IMG/VR virus record: IMGVR_UViG_3300017704_000275
Coordinates: 1 to 24,758 of that record
Source of the DNA: a virus
Taxonomy: Duplodnaviria > Caudoviricetes
Direction: 5' to 3' (one strand)
Length of the DNA: 24,758 nt
In this document: one piece after another, positions 6,592 to 15,162 of the stretch
Position numbering within the stretch: position 1 is the first letter of the stretch
Layout: every line of letters begins with the position of its first letter
Translations under genes and position numbers: made by a program
The notes under the pieces: model-generated
The model's input: the letters and a program-made list of their open reading frames with translations, nothing else
What the model was told of the DNA's origin: nothing
Databases searched by the model: none

Positions 6592-6664
6592 AGCCTCCGA
6601 GAGGACTTGAACCCCCAACATCGACATTACAAATGTCGCGCTCTACCAGTTGAGCTACAGAGGC
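6592..6664 (-). tRNA. trnT: tRNA-Thr (anticodon UGU), CCA not encoded
   Basis: GCCTCTG TA GCTC AACTGGTA GAGC G CGACA TTTGTAA TGTCG ATGTT GGGGG TTCAAGT CCTCT CGGAGGC T forms a full 73-nt cloverleaf. Confidence 0.95.
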
Positions 6665-6665
6665 A

Positions 6666-8135
6666 TTATTCGATCTGTGCTTTTTGTAGCTTTCCAGAAA
6701 AATCAATTACCATATTTTTTACATAAGTTACTGCATCAAACATCTGACTTCCTGCTTCTCTACTACTGATAGGACTTGTATCTTTAATCCCACCAAAGTT
6801 TTGACCTACTTCTGCTCCAATACATGAAGTATTCACATAGGCCAATCCAGTTTCTGTGTCTTTCATAAATTTAAAACTTTCATTTACATCTTGAGTATAT
6901 ATCGCGGCACTCAATCCGTATCTAGTACCATTTACAATATCCATCATTTCATCAAAAGTTTCGTATTCAATTATGGCAACAACAGGTCCAAAGATTTCTT
7001 CTTGGGCTAATTCGTTATCTGGTTTAATACCAGTAAAGATAGTAGGAGCATAAAAATAACCAGAATTCATATGAATTTCTGCACCACCCGTTAGTAAATC
7101 ATCACCACGTTCAACGGCTCTATTTACATAATTTTCTACATTATCTACTGCTTTCTTATTAATCAGAGGACCTACATCCGTATCATCTTCTAAACCATTA
7201 CCAATACGCAATGATTCTGTCCTCCTAATTAATTTTTCTGTAAATACTTCATTGACTTTCTTATCAATAATTACTCTACTACAAGCCGTACATCTCTGTC
7301 CCGTTGTACCAAAGGCACCAAATATTACTCCTTCAACGGCAAGGTCGAGGTCTGCATTTTCTGTTACTGTGATTGAATTTTTTCCACCAAGTTCAAGTGA
7401 ATATTTCTTTCCTAGTTCAGAACATTCTTTAGCAATTAAACTACCTGTTGCTGAAGAACCTGTGAATGAAATAACTTTTACATCTGGATGTTTAACTAAT
7501 GCCATACCAGTTGTTGAACCAGGGCCTGTTACAACATTAAATACACCAGGTGGTAATCCTGCTTCATGAAATACCTCAGCAAGTCTAATAACAGACCACG
7601 GTGTATCTGAAGCTGGTTTAATAACTACTGTATTACCGGCAACTATTGCGGGAAATGCTTTCCATGCGGGAATTGCTATTGGAAAATTCCATGGAGTAAT
7701 CATACCAATTACACCATAAGGTAATTTGGCACTCATACTCCATTTATTTTTCATTTCAGATGGTACTGTTTCACCGGTCAATCGTCTACCAGCACCAGCT
7801 GCATAATAAGCTATATCTATACACTCTTGAACATCACCACGGGTTTCTGCTATGACTTTTCCCATCTCAACAGTCATTCCTTTGGCAATGCATTCTTTAT
7901 CTCTTACAAGGATCTCTGCGGCTTTAAAAAGGATATCTGCACGTTTTGGAGCAGGAACATTTTTCCAATCCAGAAAAGCATGTTTTGCGTGTTTTACTGC
8001 TTTATTAATATCAGCTTGTCCAGAATTTTGAAATTCACCAACTACTTGTTTAGGGTGTGCGGGATTAACATCAAGAAATATTTCTCCACTTTTACTGTCA
8101 ACCCACTCGCCATTAATGTAGTTTTTATAGTGCAT
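6666..8135 (-). CDS. NAD(P)-dependent aldehyde dehydrogenase
   Basis: [28 protein letters not shown] (Glu), [10 protein letters not shown] (Cys), [16 protein letters not shown]. Full length; substrate cannot be determined by eye. Confidence 0.95.
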   Translation of the reverse strand: MHYKNYINGEWVDSKSGEIFLDVNPAHPKQVVGEFQNSGQADINKAVKHAKHAFLDWKNVPAPKRADILFKAAEILVRDKECIAKGMTVEMGKVIAETRGDVQECIDIAYYAAGAGRRLTGETVPSEMKNKWSMSAKLPYGVIGMITPWNFPIAIPAWKAFPAIVAGNTVVIKPASDTPWSVIRLAEVFHEAGLPPGVFNVVTGPGSTTGMALVKHPDVKVISFTGSSATGSLIAKECSELGKKYSLELGGKNSITVTENADLDLAVEGVIFGAFGTTGQRCTACSRVIIDKKVNEVFTEKLIRRTESLRIGNGLEDDTDVGPLINKKAVDNVENYVNRAVERGDDLLTGGAEIHMNSGYFYAPTIFTGIKPDNELAQEEIFGPVVAIIEYETFDEMMDIVNGTRYGLSAAIYTQDVNESFKFMKDTETGLAYVNTSCIGAEVGQNFGGIKDTSPISSREAGSQMFDAVTYVKNMVIDFSGKLQKAQIE

Positions 8136-8152
8136 AATAAAGTCTCCCTTTT

Positions 8153-8365
8153 TTAATTATAAAAATCCCATGAAAGTTCTCCGCGTTCCACAAGATCAGC
8201 TTCCGTTCTACATTTTACATAAGTTTTTCGAGTATTGCCATTGGCAAATGTAAAAGTCCTTATACCACCAGCATATGTACCAGATGCACCTGAATATGTA
8301 TCAGACGCCGTAGCAGTATCATCATATTTCCATATAGTACTACCATTTACATAGTTCCATGCCAT
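8153..8365 (-). CDS. Hypothetical protein (70 aa)
   Basis: GAGGA SD; fills the gap in a co-oriented operon. Confidence 0.7.
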   Translation of the reverse strand: MAWNYVNGSTIWKYDDTATASDTYSGASGTYAGGIRTFTFANGNTRKTYVKCRTEADLVERGELSWDFYN

Positions 8366-8369
8366 ATTA

Positions 8370-8744
8370 TTATCCTCTTGTTATGACTACTATTTTATTA
8401 ATTTGTTTCTGTATAATCTCTTTCCTGTTGGGCCATTTGATATAAACATCTTCAGGATTTTTCATCAAGTTATATAGAAGTGGCATAATCATCTTTTCTA
8501 CTTTCAACAAATCTTCTTTATGTTTCTTTTGAAGAATGTCCATCTGTGAATCATCACCCTCACGAATAGCAATTAACTTATCAATTTTTTCTTCTAGTCC
8601 AGATGGAATGGCACCACCTTGATCTGCTACTCTACTTTTAATCTCTTTTTCATATTCAGTTACTTCTACTTCATCAACAGTATTGAAACCAAAATCAAAA
8701 CTTTCACCATAACCTTCAGCGTTAAACTCGTCAATTTCTGACAT
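8370..8744 (-). CDS. Hypothetical protein of a kind seen in T4-like phages
   Basis: AGGAG SD; FDFGF N-terminal motif and IMPLLYNLMKNPE..YIKWPNR C-terminal motif. Confidence 0.75.
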   Translation of the reverse strand: MSEIDEFNAEGYGESFDFGFNTVDEVEVTEYEKEIKSRVADQGGAIPSGLEEKIDKLIAIREGDDSQMDILQKKHKEDLLKVEKMIMPLLYNLMKNPEDVYIKWPNRKEIIQKQINKIVVITRG

Positions 8745-8754
8745 TTTACTTCTC

Positions 8755-9435
8755 CTATTTTATTTGAATCACCATGGGATCTTTTTTCATTATATCAACC
8801 AATTTATCAATATAGATATCTGAATCAAAAATAGATTTCTTGAATACTTGAACATCAAAACTATTTCGTACTGCTATAATAATCACTAACTGCTCTGGAA
8901 CACATCCAGTCATTTCATAAAACGCTGCAGCATAAAATGCGGCTTGAATCCAATAATCTTCAATCCATTCTTCACGTTTGGGTTTACACGATGTTTTAAA
9001 ATCAATAACAGAAATTTTACCATTATATTCAGCAACACAATCAGTTGTCCCAGCAACTCTTAACTTATCACTGTATACTGGAATTTCTAAACCAACTATA
9101 TTATCAATATTACCAAGAATAAACCTCATACGATTGAATACCCTTCTTGATTCACTATCTGTAGATATTATAGTTTTATTATATAAGTATCTTTCACATA
9201 ATTCATGTACCTCAGTTCCTATTTTAGCAGCCTCTTTCATTATTCTATTGGCTTCTTCATCACCTACTCTTTCCCTCCATTCAACTAAACTTGGTTTCGG
9301 TTGTTTACCAAGAATAGTTGTAATGGAAGGATATTGATTCCCATCTGGTGTTACATATACTCTTTTCCCATCTATTGATTGTCTTGTGGGAACTTGTAAA
9401 TCATCAATATCATGCACATGATTAAAGTGTTTCAT
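8755..9435 (-). CDS. PD-(D/E)XK exonuclease of T4-like phages
   Basis: R.Y.TPDG..YPSITTIL, WRERVG.EEANRI, GT.VH..CE.YL, AGTTDCVAEYNG..SVIDFKTS, Y..Q...YA. Confidence 0.88.
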   Translation of the reverse strand: MKHFNHVHDIDDLQVPTRQSIDGKRVYVTPDGNQYPSITTILGKQPKPSLVEWRERVGDEEANRIMKEAAKIGTEVHELCERYLYNKTIISTDSESRRVFNRMRFILGNIDNIVGLEIPVYSDKLRVAGTTDCVAEYNGKISVIDFKTSCKPKREEWIEDYWIQAAFYAAAFYEMTGCVPEQLVIIIAVRNSFDVQVFKKSIFDSDIYIDKLVDIMKKDPMVIQIK

Positions 9436-9438
9436 ATA

Positions 9439-10545
9439 TTATTTTTCTCCTAAAACCATCTCAATATCAATAATTTGTTTATTACGAATTAGAGTAAATA
9501 CAACTTTATCATTTATCTTTTTCTTAGCTACGATAGCGGCAAGTTTGTTGATCAGAACTTTTACACCATCAACCTTCAAAATAATATCCCCAGCTTTTAA
9601 AATACCAACAGCTGGGCTACCAGTGACTACCTCGGTTACAAACGCCCCTTCACCACTAGTATAATCTTTCATATCTTCTTTGTTGACTCTACGAAACATT
9701 ATACCAACAAATGGTCGTTTAATCTTTTCACCAGTCTTTAGTCGTTCAATAACATTTTTCGCATAAGTACCATCAATAGCAAAACCAAGACCTATACTCC
9801 CTGATGAAGATCCACCACTACCTGTAATAATCATAGTATTGATACCAATTACATCTCCGTGTAAATTAAACAATGGCCCGCCTGAATTTCCCGGATTGAT
9901 AGAAGTATCTGTCTGAACAAATGGAACGAATGGTGCTGCTGATGGAACTATTCTATCTAATGCAGAAACATTTCCAAAAGTTGTAGTAAATGATAGACTC
10001 ATAGGTGAACCAATAGCAATAACCCTATCACCAACTTCTGGCATATCACCCCATGAAACAAATTTAAAAGTCTTTTTAGCTTCAGATGCACCCAATTTAA
10101 TTTTCAATAAAGCAATATCAGAAGCTTTGTCATAATTGATTAAATCTGTTTCATACCTAGAACCATCTTTGAATGTAACAAAAGCCATTCCTTTGCCATC
10201 GGAAACATTATCAACAACATGAAAATTTGTAATTACATATCCATCAGCACTAATTACAAAACCCGATCCACCTCGTGGTGGTTCAATACCTTTACCAGGT
10301 GGTAATTGATCTTGTGGTCTATCACGAAACTTGAAATTACCATCAGGACCTGGATTCTGTGGTGATGGTCGTGGTACCATTTGAGTATTTTTTGAAAATG
10401 ATTCAGCTGATACTTCTACAACAGCAGGCATAACTTTTGAAATGGTCGTTGTTACATAATCATGATCTGCAAATACGGGTGTTGAATAGAACAAAAATGA
10501 CGCAAGAGTAATAGTCATAATTGCAGTTATAGCTTTTTTATACAT
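9439..10545 (-). CDS. HtrA/DegP-family serine protease with signal peptide and one PDZ domain
   Basis: GSGFVI, TNFHVV (His), SDIALLK (Asp), INPGNSGGPL (Ser); PDZ features GSPA..LKAGDIILKVDG; signal peptide ending VFA. Confidence 0.93.
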   Translation of the reverse strand: MYKKAITAIMTITLASFLFYSTPVFADHDYVTTTISKVMPAVVEVSAESFSKNTQMVPRPSPQNPGPDGNFKFRDRPQDQLPPGKGIEPPRGGSGFVISADGYVITNFHVVDNVSDGKGMAFVTFKDGSRYETDLINYDKASDIALLKIKLGASEAKKTFKFVSWGDMPEVGDRVIAIGSPMSLSFTTTFGNVSALDRIVPSAAPFVPFVQTDTSINPGNSGGPLFNLHGDVIGINTMIITGSGGSSSGSIGLGFAIDGTYAKNVIERLKTGEKIKRPFVGIMFRRVNKEDMKDYTSGEGAFVTEVVTGSPAVGILKAGDIILKVDGVKVLINKLAAIVAKKKINDKVVFTLIRNKQIIDIEMVLGEK

Positions 10546-10556
10546 ATTTTTTGCTC

Positions 10557-10955
10557 CTATTTGGGGCTATATAATTTAATATTGTTTCCACCAATCACAC
10601 AACTTCTATCTATTTCTTTGTATACAAATACAATCGCCCATTGGTTATTGGAAGGATTCATCCATAAATGTGTTTCTATTATTTCTTTATGTCGATCCCC
10701 ATTTACTGAACCTTTTGCCGCTATATTCATATGATAATCATTATTCACCATATTGTTGATAAAATCTCTTGTATTACAATAAAGCATAATATCACTCAAT
10801 GGATTTATTTGTTCTGGTTTTGGTTCTGGTTTTGTTGAAGAACCACCATTTCCTTTAAACATATCATAATCAGGCGTCAAAGAACCAGCTGTAACTAACA
10901 AAGAACTTCCCATTATAAGGTACGATAATATAAAAATCAAAGCTGCTTTTTTCAT
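10557..10955 (-). CDS. Secreted or membrane-anchored hypothetical protein
   Basis: MKK plus hydrophobic N-terminus; GAGG SD; two Cys. Confidence 0.7.
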   Translation of the reverse strand: MKKAALIFILSYLIMGSSLLVTAGSLTPDYDMFKGNGGSSTKPEPKPEQINPLSDIMLYCNTRDFINNMVNNDYHMNIAAKGSVNGDRHKEIIETHLWMNPSNNQWAIVFVYKEIDRSCVIGGNNIKLYSPK

Positions 10956-10956
10956 T

Positions 10957-11226
10957 TTAATCCCTCACCTCTATTGTTGACCCGGCATGACTATTTTTAA
11001 CATGCCTAAGTCTTTCGTTAAAATCCTTAGTTGGTTTTGGTAAACCTTTTGTCATTTCTAATTTACAAGAGTCACCTAAGTTAGGTGAACCAACCAATCG
11101 TAACATATTACCATTTTCTAAACATGACGGACAAGGATCATTTAATGGTTTGTCCATATTGTTAATTGTTTCAAATGATTCAAATGTTGTTTGACATTTA
11201 CTACACTGAAAAATATATATAGGCAT
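10957..11226 (-). CDS. FmdB-family zinc-ribbon protein
   Basis: MPIYIFQCSKC...FE.........CPSC motif. Confidence 0.85.
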   Translation of the reverse strand: MPIYIFQCSKCQTTFESFETINNMDKPLNDPCPSCLENGNMLRLVGSPNLGDSCKLEMTKGLPKPTKDFNERLRHVKNSHAGSTIEVRD

Positions 11227-11227
11227 T

Positions 11228-11626
11228 TTAGATACTTTCTCCTAATGGTATTTCAAATTGTGCTAGTTTATTTTTCCATTTCCAAAATGAATTACCATGA
11301 CTTGTTCTTCCTAATTGCATCCATTGCCATTGATGTATCATTTCATGTGCTAATGTATAGAGAAATTCATTCTTATCGTTAAATTTTTTATTTATTGAAA
11401 GCATCGCATAAATAGTTCCATATCCATCTTCAAACGGAATATGTTCTGCATGACAGCCTTGTTTTCTTTTTATTTCAATATCATGGAATGGATGAATAAT
11501 GTTATTAAATATTTCTTCATTTAATATATTGAACCATCTTGTGATCATATTTTTTGATGGTTTAAATTCTCCTTGTGTTTGTTTTCGTATTTCCTGAATA
11601 ATATAGTTATCTTTGGAAATATACAC
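11228..11626 (-). CDS. SprT-like zinc metalloprotease
   Basis: FNILNEEIF, TLAHEMIHQWQ (HExxH), HGNSF; GTG start with GGAGG SD. Confidence 0.85.
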   Translation of the reverse strand: MYISKDNYIIQEIRKQTQGEFKPSKNMITRWFNILNEEIFNNIIHPFHDIEIKRKQGCHAEHIPFEDGYGTIYAMLSINKKFNDKNEFLYTLAHEMIHQWQWMQLGRTSHGNSFWKWKNKLAQFEIPLGESI

Positions 11627-11638
11627 ACTCTTCCTCCT

Positions 11639-11944
11639 TTATCGTTTACTTTCTGGTCTCCCACTCTTTTTCCGTTCCGCCTTAACAGACGGTTGAGTTC
11701 TCTGTTCCGGTTTTTCAGTTGTGAAATCTGTTTCTACTTTAAAGTCACAAGTTACACTGTTACCAAAAAATTCACCCGTATACATAAAACTATCCCATTT
11801 TAAAACAAGTGGTGTCATTCCTTCAACTTCAACAGTAATATATTTTTCTTTAAATGCTTCTGTTACTATAGCATCAAAAGATTTACCACTCTTTTTGCCT
11901 TTCGCTTTATACTTAACAACAGTTTTTAAATATGATTCATCCAT
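11639..11944 (-). CDS. Hypothetical protein (101 aa)
   Basis: Co-oriented and tightly packed, AAGGA SD. Confidence 0.7.
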   Translation of the reverse strand: MDESYLKTVVKYKAKGKKSGKSFDAIVTEAFKEKYITVEVEGMTPLVLKWDSFMYTGEFFGNSVTCDFKVETDFTTEKPEQRTQPSVKAERKKSGRPESKR

Positions 11945-11948
11945 TTTA

Positions 11949-12380
11949 TTAATCCTTTTTATATAAATCTGGAAATACTCCTAAAACTAACTTTTCCGTT
12001 AATCCTTTTATTTTAAGTTTCTTTTTTAACATACCAACATATAAAGCACTTTCATTTTCATTCATAGACTCCAATACTTGAATTAAAAGCTCACTTAATC
12101 TTTGTTCAGTAACACCTTTACTCCTGGGATGTCCTTTAACAAAAATAGAACACTTTGGAATGGTAGTAAATAAAGTTGCTGGATTTACTCCATCAGGCCC
12201 TTCATCTGGTGTATATTTTGGAATCTTATTAATATTCCAAACAATATTTGGATCAAAAGTTCCTTGCAATAAAAACTTCAATGTCGTATTATCTTTATGT
12301 TCTTCTAAAAATGCTTTCTTTTTTTTCCAATGTTTTAATGCTTTAAATTCTTCAAACAATTCTGAAATGTTTTTTGTCAT
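11949..12380 (-). CDS. Hypothetical protein commonly found next to rnh in T4-like phages
   Basis: L...FDPNI.W...PKYTP...E.L.IQ.LES....E..L...KK pattern; ATGA overlap with rnh. Confidence 0.75.
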   Translation of the reverse strand: MTKNISELFEEFKALKHWKKKKAFLEEHKDNTTLKFLLQGTFDPNIVWNINKIPKYTPDEGPDGVNPATLFTTIPKCSIFVKGHPRSKGVTEQRLSELLIQVLESMNENESALYVGMLKKKLKIKGLTEKLVLGVFPDLYKKD

Positions 12381-13234
12381 CTTGTAAAGTCTCCCATATT
12401 TTCCATAAGATATTTCAATCTATTCTTAATAAAATAATTCATTAACTGACCATTCTGATATTTCTTTTCTTCATTATATTGATCTAAAATAGCATTAGAA
12501 ATCTTTTCAGGAATCAAATCAAAATCAATTAAGATTTTATTTCTTATCCATCCTCGCTTCATATCATCAGGAAAATCATGTGGGTCTTCAACTAACCAAT
12601 TAGATATTTTCTTTTTTGAAATAGCCTTTTGACGGACACCATTCACAATACAATCATCATCAGATAATATGTTTGGAATACCATCACCCTTGTCACCACG
12701 AATAATATGTTCCTTTAAGTACTTATAAGGGTCTATTCCATTGAGCATTTTCTGTTTCATTGGGGAATACTGCTTTACCCATTTATATTTATACAATTGA
12801 GAAAAGTCTTTATCACTTGATACAATCAAGCTTTTCTCATTAAATGCCTTAGAAAGTACTGCAATTACATCATCCCCCTCGGCATGTGGTACTCGTATCA
12901 CTTTATATGGAAAGAATGTATCAATTTCTTCAATAATCTTACTAATCGTATCAAATAAGGCACTCCAATCCATACCCTTTTCTTGTTTCTGTTTTTCTCT
13001 AGCTACTTTTCTATGGGCTTTATAGAATGGAAAAGCTTCTTTACGCCAACTACCGTGAAAATCAGTACAGATAACAATTTCACCATACTTATCTTTATAC
13101 TTATTCCTATAAGAACGAACACTATTCAATACTAAATGGCGGATAAAATCTTCACCAAATCGTTCCTCATCTGGTACTTTATGTGCCACCATTATTGAAC
13201 CAACAATTATATTTGAAAAATCTAAAAGTATCAT
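12377..13234 (-). CDS. rnh: T4-like RNase H / 5'-3' exonuclease
   Basis: MILLDFS, RHLVLNS.R.Y, WRK..FPFYKA.R, EGDDVIA, IVSSDKDF.QL, EHIIRGDKGDGIPNILS. Confidence 0.95.
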   Translation of the reverse strand: MILLDFSNIIVGSIMVAHKVPDEERFGEDFIRHLVLNSVRSYRNKYKDKYGEIVICTDFHGSWRKEAFPFYKAHRKVAREKQKQEKGMDWSALFDTISKIIEEIDTFFPYKVIRVPHAEGDDVIAVLSKAFNEKSLIVSSDKDFSQLYKYKWVKQYSPMKQKMLNGIDPYKYLKEHIIRGDKGDGIPNILSDDDCIVNGVRQKAISKKKISNWLVEDPHDFPDDMKRGWIRNKILIDFDLIPEKISNAILDQYNEEKKYQNGQLMNYFIKNRLKYLMENMGDFTR

Positions 13235-13647
13235 AACGCTCCTTTAACAATCTTTATTTGCAAATATCCATACTCTTTTAAAAACTCAATACCATCATCA
13301 TTTTTATAATCTTCTTCATAATAAAGTTCACTGATACCAGATTGTAGTATTAACTTAGCACAATGTATACAAGGTGCATAAGTAGTAAACATAGATGAAT
13401 TTAAACCAGATTCAGTTGATCTAGCTAATTTTAAAATAGCATTAGCTTCGGCATGTAATACTTCTGGTTTTGTTTTTCCATCTTCTTCACAAACATTAGA
13501 ACCCCCAGAAGGCATACCATTATATCCAATAGAAATAATTCTATCATCTTTAACAATGATACAACCAACCTTTAATCTTGTTGCGGAAGATAGTTCTCCA
13601 TAAACACGAGCAACTTTTAAATGAGCTTTTATAAATTTATTTTTCAT
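13231..13647 (-). CDS. cd: dCMP deaminase
   Basis: RLKVGCIIVKD.RIISIGYNG, HAEANA, PCIHCAKLI.QSGI. Confidence 0.93.
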   Translation of the reverse strand: MKNKFIKAHLKVARVYGELSSATRLKVGCIIVKDDRIISIGYNGMPSGGSNVCEEDGKTKPEVLHAEANAILKLARSTESGLNSSMFTTYAPCIHCAKLILQSGISELYYEEDYKNDDGIEFLKEYGYLQIKIVKGAL

Positions 13648-14534
13648 TAATAAAATACACTCAACAGAATTGTGTCTTTACCAATACGCCCCTTCAATTG
13701 TTTCTCTTGAGTTTTCATACTATTTAAAGCCTTTTTCAACGCTCCCTTTTTAAGATTAGCTAGTGCTTCTTTAGGTTTTCGTACTGTCTTTTCAACTGAT
13801 TCTGTTTCATCAAAATGTAAAAGAGTTGTTCCTTTGACACTAAATCCCCTAATAGAGTTTTCAGCACGATAAACACCAAGACGATTATACTTAGTATTGT
13901 AGACCCATAGTTCATTGGCCCCAATAATCTTTTCTGGATTAACGCTAACCAACTTCAACTCAGGAAATTCAACTTGATACTTTATCTTCTTAACCAATCT
14001 TTCTGCAGAAAGAGTTTTCTTCTTTCTAGGCTTTCTTTGAGCCGTAGCATTTTTAATAAGACGGTCAATATCATCACAAATAACACCATAGAAGTCCATC
14101 ATCTTTTTATGATACTTTGGTTTCAAGTGACTCCATGCTTCTAAGTAATATTCATCATCTTTATTGTATACGTCAACCAACTCATTAAAGCAATCAATAT
14201 AAAACTGTCTCATTTTTCGAGCATGAACAGCCTTACATCCCAAATTACTTAAATGAGCATAACAATCATATTTAAGTTTATAATCATTTTTAATAAAATT
14301 GTCAACTATTCCTTCAACGGCAGAAATATAATCTTCAACCTGCCCTTGAATTCTATCTTGAATAGTTACCTTAGGTTTTTCTTTCTTTTCATCCTTTTCA
14401 TCCTTTTCTGGTTTCTCTATCTTCCACATATTTTTATATGTGGGATCTTGTTTCTCTCCATTAATTACTGGAACAGCTCTTGTAACACCATCTTGACATA
14501 TCATTATATCATAACAAACGTGTCCATCACTCAT
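13647..14534 (-). CDS. Hypothetical protein of a kind seen in T4-like phages
   Basis: RKPRKKK, LVS.NP.KIIGA.ELWVYNTK...LGVY, SVKGTTL..FD, K..RKP, GRI..DTILL. Start moved to 14534 (GGAGG SD, ATGA overlap). Confidence 0.75.
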   Translation of the reverse strand: MSDGHVCYDIMICQDGVTRAVPVINGEKQDPTYKNMWKIEKPEKDEKDEKKEKPKVTIQDRIQGQVEDYISAVEGIVDNFIKNDYKLKYDCYAHLSNLGCKAVHARKMRQFYIDCFNELVDVYNKDDEYYLEAWSHLKPKYHKKMMDFYGVICDDIDRLIKNATAQRKPRKKKTLSAERLVKKIKYQVEFPELKLVSVNPEKIIGANELWVYNTKYNRLGVYRAENSIRGFSVKGTTLLHFDETESVEKTVRKPKEALANLKKGALKKALNSMKTQEKQLKGRIGKDTILLSVFY

Positions 14535-14794
14535 AATATCCTCCAAATTCCAAAGATTGCTATCATTATCACTATCACATTTAAAACGATCAAATTTACG
14601 CTACTTCTTAAATACGCATTAATAATATGTAATGTTGAACCTACTAATTGAATTAAAAATATTTTTAAAATAGAAACATCATCACCATACCATGCCATTA
14701 AAACATAGATACTAATAAAACATAATGAACCAATCGTTTCACAAAATAATCGAAAACGATGATTCTTCCAATCATCAATCAACCAACTTTTCAT
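14531..14794 (-). CDS. Small membrane protein (about 3 TM segments)
   Basis: Three hydrophobic stretches; GAGG SD. Confidence 0.7.
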   Translation of the reverse strand: MKSWLIDDWKNHRFRLFCETIGSLCFISIYVLMAWYGDDVSILKIFLIQLVGSTLHIINAYLRSSVNLIVLNVIVIMIAIFGIWRIL

Positions 14795-14801
14795 ATTACC
14801 C

Positions 14802-14993
14802 TCAATTATTACTATAAGTCATTTTATAATTAGGAGATTCGACTACAATTTCTGGATACTCAACCATCTTTGCGTCATTAGATTCATTTATAGAATCTAA
14901 CCATTGGTCAAATTCTTCATGGTTAAGTCGCAATTCCTCATCACTATTAAAAAACTCATCTCTATCATCACCAAAATCTTTCCAAATACTCAT
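14802..14993 (-). CDS. Small acidic hypothetical protein (63 aa)
   Basis: AAGGAG SD; first gene after promoter P3. Confidence 0.7.
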   Translation of the reverse strand: MSIWKDFGDDRDEFFNSDEELRLNHEEFDQWLDSINESNDAKMVEYPEIVVESPNYKMTYSNN

Positions 14994-15029
14994 TTTATTT
15001 AAACTCCTTTTATCAATTATTATACTTCT

Positions 15030-15063
15030 ATTATACGGGAATTGGTCTTAGGAGTCAAGGAAA
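15030..15063 (-). promoter_or_regulatory. Sigma70-like (early) promoter P3
   Basis: TTTCC-TTGACT (15058-15053), 17 bp, TATAAT (15035-15030). Confidence 0.85.
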
Positions 15064-15074
15064 AAGTGACGTTG

Positions 15075-15162
15075 TAAGTCATTGTTTTATAAGGAGTTAT
15101 CAACAATCACTATAACCCCTTTATTTACAAGGAGTTATAAACCCTTTGTTTGTATAGACTTA
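15075..15162. repeat. Three 25-bp imperfect palindromes of the same family as 5102-5151
   Basis: TAAGTCATTGTTTTATAAGGAGTTA (15075-15099), TAACCCCTTTATTTACAAGGAGTTA (15113-15137), TAAACCCTTTGTTTGTATAGACTTA (15138-15162). Confidence 0.8.

Noticed and set aside
6569-6706. N-terminal 46 aa of ORF 6254..6706 (ASVAQLVER...GSSP)
   Set aside because: This is the translation of the tRNA-Thr gene and the aldH end. A better start with an SD exists at 6568.
8755-9435. Cas4/CRISPR system
   Set aside because: No repeat-spacer array or other cas genes, and no full Fe-S cysteine set. It is the common T4-like PD-(D/E)XK exonuclease.
15075-15162. Mini-CRISPR array formed by the 25-bp repeats
   Set aside because: The copies are degenerate and either abut or are separated by only 13 bp, so there are no spacer-sized units.
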